Of a stretch of DNA of 64,000 bases, positions 21,169 to 29,641 are shown in pieces. Each line of letters begins with the position of its first letter. Position 1 is the stretch's first letter. The position numbers were made by a program, and so were the translations under genes. The DNA is from an uncultured Acidobacteriota bacterium (GTDB lineage Bacteria; Acidobacteriota; Thermoanaerobaculia; Thermoanaerobaculales; Sulfomarinibacteraceae). The stretch is from positions 113,936 to 177,935 of the forward strand of contig CAVSIS010000040.1 in the NCBI GenBank assembly GCA_963727925.1, in the 5' to 3' direction. Under the pieces are notes generated by a model. That model saw nothing but the letters and a program-made list of their open reading frames with translations, ran no database searches and was not told the origin of the DNA.

Positions 21169-22591
21169 TCGTAGTACAGCTCGACCTCGTAGGGGTGGGG
21201 CCGCAACCGCACCGCCCGTTCTTCCTCGCGCTTGCGGGTGATCCAGCGATCGATCAGCTCACGGCTGAAGACGCCCCCTTCGAGAAGGAACTCGTGGTCG
21301 GCCTCGAGCAGGTCGAGGGCCTGGTCGAGCGAGGTCGGCAGCGCCTTGATCGTCGCCCGCCGTTCCGGCGGCCAGCTGAAGATGTCCTCGTCGATCGGGC
21401 CGAAGCCGAGCTCGGTCGGGTCGAGCCCGCGCGCGGATGCCGTCGATCCCGGCGAGGAGCTGCGCGGCGATCGCGAGGTAGGGGTTGGCGGTGGCGTCCG
21501 GCGGCCGGAACTCGATCCGGGCGCTGTCGGGGGTGTTGGCGTACTTCGGGATCCGGATCGCGGCCGAGCGGTTGCCGGCTGAGAAGATCGCGCTGACCGG
21601 CGCCTCGAAGCCCGGGTACCAGCCGGCGGTAGGAGTTGGTCGCTGGGGTTGGTGAATGCGAGCACCGCACCGCCGTGGAGGAGGAGCCCGGCGACGTACG
21701 AGCTGCGCGGCTCGCGACAGGCAGGCCGTAGCCCGTCGGCGTCGTAGAAAAGGTTCTCGCCGCCGCGCTCCAGACGCTGGTGGAAGTGCATGCCCGAGCC
21801 GGCCTCGCCGAACAGCGGCTTGGGCATGAAGGTGGCGGTCAGCCCGTCCTCGAGCGCGGTCATGCGCGCGACGTACTTGACGAGCATGGCGGCGTCGGCG
21901 GCCTTGAGCAGGGGCAGCAGCGGGGTCTCGATCTCGCACTGGCCGGGCCCGCCGACCTCGTGGTGGTGGTACTTGACCGGCACGCCCATCTCGTCGAGAT
22001 GGCGGCACACCCGCGAGCGCAGGTTGTGCAGCTGGTCGCGCGGCGGGATCGCGTGGTAGCCGCCGTGGCGGGGCATGGCATAGCCGTCGCCGAGCTGGCT
22101 GGCTGTTCCAGTCGCCCTCCTCGCGACTCCACCCGGTAGCGCGGCGCAGTGCATGCCGTTCTCGTAGCGACGCCCGTCGAAGACGTAGAACTCGAACTCG
22201 GGCCCCCACCAGCTGGCGTCAGCGACGCCGGTCGAGCGCAGGAGCGCCTCGGCGCGGCGCCGCGATCGACCTTGGGTCGTAGGGGAAAGCCGGCGGGTGT
22301 CCGCCTCCAGGATGGTGCACGATGAAGCTCAAGGTCGGCAGCTCCCAGAAGGGATCGACGAAGGCGGTCGCGAGGTCGGGCACCATCACCATGTCGCCCG
22401 AGCTGATGCTCTTGAACCCGACCGACGAGCCGTCGAAGCCGATCCCACGCTCCATCAGGCTCGGCGTCGAAGCGGTTCGCCGACAACGTGACGTGGTGCC
22501 AGCGACCCCAAAGGTCGCAGAACTTGAGGTCGACCTGCTCGATGGCATGCTGGTTGATGAACGCGACGGCCTCGTCCAGATTGCGGAACAT
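21162..22591 (-). pseudogene. glnA: type I glutamine synthetase, broken by about 8 single-base insertions as sequenced
   Basis: GS segments are spread over three frames, in this order:
- MFRNLDEAVAFINQHAIEQVDLKFCDLWGRWHH
- SLMERGIGFDGSSVGFKSISSGDMVMVPD
- FPYDPRSIA
- [29 protein letters not shown]
- YRVES
- EEGDWNSQ
- GGYHAIPP...[16 protein letters not shown]...[18 protein letters not shown]
- NSYRRLVPG
- [23 protein letters not shown]...[15 protein letters not shown]
- [17 protein letters not shown]...YEVELYYDL

The junctions lie near 22462, 22260, 22139, 22123, 22095, 21641, 21612 and 21430. 1430 nt minus 8 is 1422, which is divisible by 3. Confidence 0.85.
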
Positions 22592-22737
22592 CACCACCTC
22601 CCGCCCTTCCCGCGCATTGACGCGGGATGGGTATGTTACCAAATTCACAAGCACACTCCGAGACAGGAACTCCCGCTGCTGCAGACTGGCTGCGGTACAC
22701 TGGCGCCACGCTCACAGACCGAAACAGGGGAGGCCCC

Positions 22738-23436
22738 ATGAACGACACCACCATGCCCCCTTCGCCACCGCCGATCGAACCGGGAACGCCGGCGGCTCCC
22801 CCGCCGAGGGCGATGGAGCGCCTCCCGTGGGAGCAGCCCAGCCAACCGTTCGTCGAGGCGCTGTTCGAGACCGTCAAGCTGTTCGTGACCCGCCCATCGG
22901 AGGCCTACGCCCGAATGGCGGTCGAGGGTGACCTGATCCGGCCCGTCCTGTACGCGATCATCCTCGGCTGGGTGGGAGTCTTCTTTGCCCAAGTCTTCAA
23001 CATCGCTATGGGCGGCTTCCAGATGGGCATGATGCGACGGTGGGGCATGAACACGTCACCGGTGTCGCCGATGGTCAACATCGCGATCATCGTGGCGGCG
23101 CCGCTTCTGGTCATCATCGGGCTCGCGATCCAGACCGTCGTGTTCCACCTCGTGCTCATGATGGTCGGCGGCGCGACGCGGGGATTCGACGCCACCCTGC
23201 GGGCGTGCTGCTACGCCGGCACCGCGCAGCTCGCTGGAATCGTCCCGCTCTGCGGCGGGCTGGTCGGCCTGGTATGGGCAATTGTCCTCCTCGTCATCGG
23301 GCTCGCCACGGCGCACCGGACGACCCAGGGCAAGGCGGCATTGGCGGTGATCCTGCCAGGGGTGCTGTGCTGCGTTTGCGGGGTCGTCCTCGCGATCGTT
23401 TTTGGCGCCGCGCTGGCCGGACTCGCGAACCGTTGA
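22738..23436 (+). CDS. Yip1-domain multi-pass membrane protein
   Basis: Internal Met after GGGGAGG. It has a Pro-rich N-terminus and then five hydrophobic helices. The pattern F(V/I)ExxxxxxxxPxxxF plus GxxG membrane repeats is typical of the Yip1/DUF1282 type. Confidence 0.65.
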   Translation: MNDTTMPPSPPPIEPGTPAAPPPRAMERLPWEQPSQPFVEALFETVKLFVTRPSEAYARMAVEGDLIRPVLYAIILGWVGVFFAQVFNIAMGGFQMGMMRRWGMNTSPVSPMVNIAIIVAAPLLVIIGLAIQTVVFHLVLMMVGGATRGFDATLRACCYAGTAQLAGIVPLCGGLVGLVWAIVLLVIGLATAHRTTQGKAALAVILPGVLCCVCGVVLAIVFGAALAGLANR

Positions 23437-23505
23437 GGACTCCGCCCGGCGCGACTCGAGGAGCGGCAGCTCGCCCTGCTGTGGGGGATCGCCGCAGCGG
23501 GCGCG

Positions 23506-23836
23506 ATGTTCCTGCGACCCTTGTGGGTCGCGCTGGCGCCGGCCCTGCCGCGGTGTCCGCTGCGGACGCTGACCGGCATTCCGTGCCCCACTTGCGGAAC
23601 GACGCGCGCGGCGCTGGCGCCTGCTCGACGGCCGGGTGACCGAGGCCTTTGCCTTCAACCCTCTGGGCACGCTTGCCGGCGTTGCTTTCGTCCTGGGAGG
23701 GGTTGCCGCACCGATCTGGTGCCTGCTCCGGCTGCCGATGGTCGAGCTCGAGCCGGGCCACAGACGGCTCGTCGCGGCGCTACTCGGGCTGGCCGTACTC
23801 GCCAACTGGATCTGGGTTATCGGCGCCTCGAGCTGA
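23506..23836 (+). CDS. DUF2752-like membrane protein (frameshifted as sequenced)
   Basis: CPLRTLTGIPCPTCGTTRA is the hallmark DUF2752 motif. One extra base at about 23620 (AALA|c|LLDGRVTEAFAFNPLG). The start is uncertain because a likely TM segment lies upstream of the first ATG. Confidence 0.65.
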
Positions 23837-23873
23837 GGCGACAAGCCCCGCAGATTCAAGAAAATCACTTTCG

Positions 23874-23895
23874 AACAGTATTGAGACACTGTTCA
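23874..23895. promoter_or_regulatory. palindrome GAACAGT-N8-ACTGTTC upstream of cytochrome operon promoter
   Basis: Perfect 7-bp arms about 38 bp upstream of the -35 box, inside the only clearly AT-enriched stretch of this region. Confidence 0.3.
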
Positions 23896-23932
23896 AGTTA
23901 CTGATTCTCTTGATGTTCCACTCGAAAACCCC

Positions 23933-23961
23933 TTGACAATATCCTTGCATGCCGATATGCT
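23933..23961 (+). promoter_or_regulatory. sigma-70-type promoter TTGACA-N17-TATGCT
   Basis: Consensus -35 at 23933-23938, a 17-nt spacer and a 4/6 -10 at 23956-23961. It lies about 75 nt upstream of the cytochrome c start. Confidence 0.5.
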
Positions 23962-24036
23962 CAACTTCGATCACAGACTCCGCGACAGGGTTTGCCGCGG
24001 AAGTAGCTTGTGAAGAAAGGTACAAGGAGGTCAACG

Positions 24037-24399
24037 ATGCGCACCACTCGAGTCCTCATCACCACCGTTCTGGCCGGCGTCCTGATTCTGGGCCTGGCCA
24101 ACCTGGCCACCGCCGCCAAGAAGGCAGAGGAAGGTCAGGAGCTGCTTCAAGCAGAACTGCAAGTCCTGCCACGGGCCCGACTCACCCAACGGTGAGTACA
24201 CACCCATGACGCTCATCCAGGACCAGTGGCAGCGCTTCTTCGACGAGAAGTACGTCGACACCCACTCCACGCGTGAAGGACCCCAACCACGGCGACAAGC
24301 CGGTCACTGAGGCGATCTCCCCGATCCGACCTCAAACTCATCAAGGCGTTCGCGATCGACCACGCGGCCGACTCCGAGCACCCGATGACCTGCGGCTGA
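24037..24399 (+). pseudogene. small Sec-dependent monohaem cytochrome c, three +1 frame disruptions as sequenced
   Basis: AAGGAGG precedes MRTTRVLITTVLAGVLILGLANLATAAKKAEEGQEL. The frames then step through FKQNCKSCHGPDSPNGEYTPMTLIQDQWQRFFDEKYVDTHST, VKDPNHGDKPVTEAISP and SDLKLIKAFAIDHAADSEHPMTCG. The extra bases lie near 24145, 24272 and 24324, and the net shift returns to the starting frame. Confidence 0.7.
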
Positions 24400-24420
24400 T
24401 CACGACCAAGGGAGATCAAC

Positions 24421-26077
24421 ATGCTTCGCAAGACCCTCGCCGCTGTCCTTCTGGCCCTCGTCGGCATCGCCGGCGTCGCCACCGCCCAGACCTCCGACGA
24501 GGTCACGCCAGAGCAGGTCGCCAAGCTCAAGAAGGAGCTCAGAGACCTCGAGAAGCGGGTCATGAAGAACGAGCGCAAGACCGCGCTCGACCGCATCAAC
24601 TTCATCGGCGACTTCCGCTTCGAGGCGCACTCGATCGACGCGACGATCCCCGACCACTTCGACGGCATGGCGCTGCAGCGCGCATGTGGTCGACACCCTG
24701 TTCTACGTCGGCGCCACCGGCATGCCGCCGGCGGGCCCCGAGGACGTCGGCAACCTCATCCGGGAGAACTACGGCGACTACCTGTACTTCCTCGACCACC
24801 TCACCTGGGACGGGCTCAAGCAGGCTATCGGCAGCTTCCCGCCCGAGATGCAGCAGCAGCTCATGGGCTCGCTGATGCCCGCCACCTACCGCCAGGGGTA
24901 CGACTACTCCAACTCGATCCTCTACACCAGCCGGCTGCGCCTGCAGATGGACGCCAAGGTCGCCGACGACGTCGACTTCTCGGGCCGGCTGTCGATGTAC
25001 AAGGTGTGGGGCGACTCGACCGGCGTGCAGGTCTTCAACGGCCAGCCGACCTCGATCAACATCGACGGCACCACCGCCACGGTCCCGAACTCGGACATCC
25101 TCCGGGTCGAGCGCGCCTACTTCACCTGGAAGAACATCGCGGACGCACCCATCTACCTCTCGATCGGCCGCCGCCCGTCGACCGCCGGGATCCCGCTCAA
25201 CTACCGCCAGGACGAGCCTCGCGGCGGCACGCCGATGGGCTCGCTGATCAACTACCAGTTCGACGGCATCACCTTCGGCTGGCACCTCACCGAGCAGTCG
25301 ACCTTCCGCCTCTGCTACGGGCTCGGCTACGAGTCCGGCTTCGGCAACGGCGACGTGCTCAAGCTCCCCCAGGACCGGCTCAAGGACACCAGCTTCCTCG
25401 GCATCAACTGGGACGTGCTCAACACCCCGACGACCTTCGTCCAGGCCACCGTGGCGCGCGCGTTTGACGTCACCGACGGCTTCAACGGCCTGGTCGTGCT
25501 GCCGGTCAACCCGGTCACCGGCCAGGAGGTCCTGGCGCCCGTGGTCATGCGCTACACGCCATCGGCCAACCTCGGCGACATCGACCTCGCCAGCGTCGTG
25601 CTGACCCGCCGCGACGGGCCGATCGACTGGTTCGTCAGCCTCAACTACATGAAGTCGCACCCGAACAACATCACGACCCCGTTCGGCGGCCTGTTCTCCG
25701 ATCCGTTCGACACTCCGGAGTCGCAGTCCGGCAGCATGTACTACCTCGGCCTCCGCTACAGCTTCGCCAACGACAAGACCAAGGCCGGCGTCGAGTTCAA
25801 CCACGGCTCCGAGTACTGGTTCAACTTCGCGGCCGCCGAGGATGACGTCATCGCCCCCAAGACCAACGCCCGCGGCGACGTCTGGGAGGCCTACGTCACT
25901 CACCGCCTCCGCGACCGCTTCATCGTCAAGCTCGACTACATCAACTACGCCTACGACTACTCCGGCTCGGGCTGGCACCTGGGCGCGCCCAAGAAGCTGG
26001 ACAGCACGCCGTTGCTGGGCTTCCCGACCTACAAGGACGCCTCCAAATGGATGCTCAGCATGACGGCACGGTTCTGA
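24421..26077 (+). CDS. DUF3373-like putative outer-membrane beta-barrel protein (frameshifted as sequenced)
   Basis: Signal peptide MLRKTLAAVLLALVGIAGVATA, followed by the coiled-coil segment EQVAKLKKELRDLEKRVMKNERK. The body is long, beta-strand-like and rich in Y/F/W/G, and ends in ...MTARF. One extra base at 24685 (ALQRA|t|VVDTLFYVG). My recollection of the DUF3373 family fits in length and N-terminal coiled coil. Confidence 0.7.
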
Positions 26078-26087
26078 TCGGAGGCCG

Positions 26088-27502
26088 ATGATGCGCCGCT
26101 CGATTCCCGTTCTGCTCGTCCTCGCCGGGTTCGCCCTGCCGGCGGCCGCGGCGGGGACGCCGTCCTCCCACGCCGAGTACTTCGAGCACTACGAGGGCAC
26201 CAAGACCTGTCTCGCGTGCCACGAGGACGAGGCCACCTCCTTTTTCCACTCCCAGCACTACCAGTGGCGCGGCGAAGCACCCCAGATTGTCAACGCCCAC
26301 GGTGCAGAGGCTCGGCAAGACGAAACACGATCAACGACTTCTGCACGAACCCCATGGCCAACTGGATCGGCCTCACGCGCAACTCCCGCGGTGAGGTGAT
26401 CACCCAGGGCTGCTCCAAGTGCCACGCCGGCCTCGGTCTCGTGCCGAAGCCCGAGATCAGCCGCGAGCAGCTCGAGAACATCGACTGCCTGATCTGCCAC
26501 GCCTCGGGCTACCGCCGCGACCTCTACCCCAACGACGACGGCGGCCTTTCCTGGAAGCCCATCCTGTGGAAGAACCAGGAGGGCCTCGACTCGGTGGCCA
26601 AGCGCATCTCGCTGCCGAAGCGCACCATGTGCCTGCGCTGCCACTCCGGCTCCGGCGGCGGTCCCAACTTCAAGCGCGGCGACCTCGAGTACGCCCTCGC
26701 CGACCCCGAGCCCGACTTCGACGTCCACATGGCCACCTCGGGCAACGACCTCCAGTGCGTCGGCTGCCACGCCGGCGAGGACCACCGGGTGCGTGGGCGG
26801 GGCACCGACCTATCGGGCACCGACATGCCGTCCAAGCCCCTGAGCTGCGACGCGGCCGACTGCCACGGCCCGACACCCCACAAGGCGGAGGTGCTCAACT
26901 ACCACACCGCGCGGGTGTACTGCACGACCTGCCACATCCCGACCTTCGCCAAGGACGACGCCACTGACATGGTGCGCGACTGGTCGACGCCGCACTACAA
27001 CGAGGAGGCCGACAAGTACAGCGCCACCATCACCCTCGCCAAGGACGTGACCCCGGTCTACGCCTGGTACAACGGCACCACCTGGGAGCAGCTCCCGGGT
27101 CAGCCGGTGAAGGTGCAGGCGGACGGGACGGTCGGGATGATGGTCCCGCAGGGCGCCAAGGCCGATCCCAAGGCCCGGATCTACGCCTTCAAGCTGCACC
27201 GCGCAAAGCTGCCGGTACTCGACCAGAAGAACTGGATCATCCCGATCGTGGTGGAGGAGTTCTTCGCCAACGGCAACATGGACGAAGCGGTCAAGAACGC
27301 AGCCAACGACATGTACGGCGTCTCAAACGCCAGCTACCATTGGGTGGACACCACCCGCTACATGGGTATCTTCCACGAGGTGGTACCGGCCAAGCGGGCG
27401 CTCGCCTGCCTCGACTGTCACGGTCCCGACGGCCGCCTCGACTGGAAGACACTCGGATACAAGGGCGACCCGCTCTCGGCCCTCCTGCATTCCTCGCACT
27501 GA
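26088..27502 (+). CDS. octahaem c-type cytochrome (Otr/tetrathionate-reductase-like family; frameshifted as sequenced)
   Basis: Signal peptide MMRRSIPVLLVLAGFALPAAAAG. There are seven CxxCH motifs (CLACH, CSKCH, CLICH, CLRCH, CVGCH, CTTCH, CLDCH) plus CDAADCH. Two extra bases lie near 26303 and 26325 (QIVNAHG|QRLGKTK|TINDFC). Confidence 0.85.
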
Positions 27503-27520
27503 TCTCTGCCCTCAAACCAC

Positions 27521-27557
27521 GTGCCCCGTCCGCGGCGGACGGGGCACTTCCCTTTTT
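27521..27557 (+). terminator. intrinsic terminator of cytochrome operon
   Basis: GTGCCCCGTCCG-cgg-CGGACGGGGCAC followed by TTCCCTTTTT, 19 nt after the stop. Confidence 0.75.
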
Positions 27558-27594
27558 CCCGGTTTGGGCTCGCCGATGGCGAGCCCAAACCGGG
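27558..27594. other. second perfect hairpin CCGGTTTGGGCTCGCC-gatg-GCGAGCCCAAACCGG
   Basis: 16-bp perfect stem immediately after the terminator T-tract, with no U-tract on either strand. Confidence 0.5.
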
Positions 27595-27687
27595 AAAGAG
27601 GTCAAAAGGTCTCCTTCGTAGACACCAGCCATTGGATCGCCTTGATTCCGCCGTCCCGGTCGAGGGGGATCCAACTCCGCCCTTCCG

Positions 27688-28272
27688 TCACGGTACGGGG
27701 GCCGCCTCGCCGCCTTCAGTGGGCGCCGGCGCGACCGGACTCTGCCCTCCATGATCCCCCGAGGGAGCGCCCGCGGAGATAATCCCCCGCACACCATATC
27801 GGTGAACGAGCTGCCCCCCGAGGTCGGCAGCGTTGACCAGGACCACCAGGCAGACGACGTACGCAAGCAGGAACACGCCGTGGAGCACCACGGTGGCGGT
27901 CGGTCCCTCGAACCGGCGCAGCGCGGGCGGCAGCAGCAGCAGCACCGCATAGGCCACGGTCAGACCCGTGAACAGGTCGCGCACGTCCTCGGCAAGATCC
28001 GCATGCTGCTCGACGACGGCCTCGACGCGTGGTTCGAAGTGGTGCGCCTTGGCCGCTGCCTCCCCTGTCTCTACGGCGACGAATGCGCCGACGGTCCCGA
28101 GGGCCATGAGCAGGAGTGCGGCCGCGCCCAGCCACCTGCGTGCCGACTTGAGGGCGAACGCCAGCAGCACGAACAGCGGGGCCACGATCAGCAGCGCGAT
28201 GGGAAAGTGGATGACCAGAGGGTGGAGCTCGTTCCATGCGGGAAGCGGTGGCAGGGGCACGGTCACCTCCAA
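27688..28272 (-). CDS. DUF2231-domain membrane protein
   Basis: 194 aa. The N-terminal HPLVIHFPIALLIVAPLF motif and four TM helices are typical of DUF2231. Confidence 0.72.
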   Translation of the reverse strand: MEVTVPLPPLPAWNELHPLVIHFPIALLIVAPLFVLLAFALKSARRWLGAAALLLMALGTVGAFVAVETGEAAAKAHHFEPRVEAVVEQHADLAEDVRDLFTGLTVAYAVLLLLPPALRRFEGPTATVVLHGVFLLAYVVCLVVLVNAADLGGQLVHRYGVRGIISAGAPSGDHGGQSPVAPAPTEGGEAAPVP

Positions 28273-28484
28273 GTGCTCGCGTTCGCCGGCGAACCGGTCG
28301 CCGCCGGGCCGCGACCGGGCGGGTCACAGCGACCCGTCCAGCGTGGCGCGGCGACCCGCACAGCGTGCCTCTCGCGAGTCTGGAACACAACCACCCAGGC
28401 GTCGCCGTCATGCCCGCTACCGGACATCTCGCCATCGGTCGACTCCGAACTCCAATGCGAGCAGCAGGTTGGGCAAATGTCCTC

Positions 28485-28514
28485 GGTACGGTCCCGGCTC
28501 GAGCGGACCGTACC
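28485..28514. promoter_or_regulatory. inverted repeat GGTACGGTCC-N10-GGACCGTACC next to sigma-54 promoter
   Basis: Perfect 10-bp arms, ending 8 bp upstream of the TGGCAC element. Confidence 0.35.
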
Positions 28515-28522
28515 GCGCGGGT

Positions 28523-28538
28523 TGGCACGGCCATTGCG
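28523..28538 (+). promoter_or_regulatory. sigma-54 (-24/-12) promoter TGGCACGGCCATTGCG
   Basis: It matches TGGCAC-N5-TTGC with correct spacing. It lies 58 nt upstream of the DUF2202 ATG, and a sigma-54 activator gene lies 3 kb downstream in the same direction. Confidence 0.55.
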
Positions 28539-28595
28539 CTTGCCTCCGCGACACGGGGCCGCACACAGGGTCCCCGCACAAAGGAGGACACGTCC

Positions 28596-29519
28596 ATGGC
28601 ACAGCGTACTTTCACCACTCTTGTCCTGGCCACGAGCCTGGCGTTCGCGGGGGCCGTCTCTGCCCAGGGAGTTCCGGCCCGGGCCAACCGCTCGGCCTGC
28701 CAGCTGGCACTCGCCGAGCGCTTCGAGCTTCTCCCTCCCGATCCCTTGAGCGAGGCCGGGGTCGCCCAAATCACCTACCTCCGCGAGGAGGAGAAGCTCG
28801 CCAGGGACGTCTACCTGACTCTGTCTCTGTCGTGGGAGATGCCGCTGTTCACCAACATCCCACGCAGCGAGCAGGCCCACATGGGCCTGGTCGCCCTCGT
28901 GATCGCCCGCTACGGGCTTCCGGACCCCGTCGGCGACAACGGGATCGGGGTGTTCACCAACGCGGGGCTCCAGGCCCTCTACGACACCTTGGTGGAGAAC
29001 GGCCAGGGTTCTCTCGAGGCGGCCCTCCTGGTCGGCGCGACGATCGAGGACATGGACCTCGCCGACCTCGAGACGATCCTCGCTACGACCGACAACCTCG
29101 ACCTCGCGCTCATCGGCTACAACCTCGCGGCCGGATCCCGCAATCACCTCCGCGCCTTCGTCGGCGCGCTCGAGATGCGCGGCATCACCTACGAGGCACA
29201 GTACCTCGACCCCGCGGAGATGGAGGACATCCTCGCCGCGCCGCGTGAGGTGGCGGTGGTCTACGATGAGCTCGGAGATGTCCTGGCGAGCTGTCAGAGG
29301 CAGCCCGGGGTCGGAGGCGCGGGCGGCACGCGGCTCGGTCCTGGCAGCGACAGCGGCCGCGTCGGGCCCGGCGACGGCACGGGCAGTGGCGACGGCGGAA
29401 ACGGTGGCGACAACGGTGGCAGCGGCGATGACAACGGCCACGTCGGACCTGGTGATGGCAGCGGGAGCGGCGACGGCTCCTGCGACGGGTCCGGCCCGCA
29501 CGGCTCTGGGCGGACGTGA
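28596..29519 (+). CDS. DUF2202 (ferritin-like) domain secreted protein with Gly/Asp/Ser-rich tail
   Basis: AAGGAGG precedes MAQRTFTTLVLATSLAFAGAVSA. LREEEKLARDVYL...EQAHM...ATIEDMDLADL...GSRNHLRAF are the paired ferritin-like helices typical of DUF2202. Confidence 0.72.
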   Translation: MAQRTFTTLVLATSLAFAGAVSAQGVPARANRSACQLALAERFELLPPDPLSEAGVAQITYLREEEKLARDVYLTLSLSWEMPLFTNIPRSEQAHMGLVALVIARYGLPDPVGDNGIGVFTNAGLQALYDTLVENGQGSLEAALLVGATIEDMDLADLETILATTDNLDLALIGYNLAAGSRNHLRAFVGALEMRGITYEAQYLDPAEMEDILAAPREVAVVYDELGDVLASCQRQPGVGGAGGTRLGPGSDSGRVGPGDGTGSGDGGNGGDNGGSGDDNGHVGPGDGSGSGDGSCDGSGPHGSGRT

Positions 29520-29641
29520 CGCCCCAACCAAAACCGATCCGCAGCGCCCGGCGGCGGGAGCCGCCGGGCGGTCCCGCGCCCGTGAGACCGGGAGCGCCGA
29601 GAGATGACCCGTCACAGCCCCGCTCCGACTCGGGAGCGCCC

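Noticed and set aside
24602-25978. 458-aa minus-strand ORF
   Set aside because: It is antisense to the DUF3373-like gene. The translation is Val/Asp/Gly/Ala/Arg-rich with no motifs.
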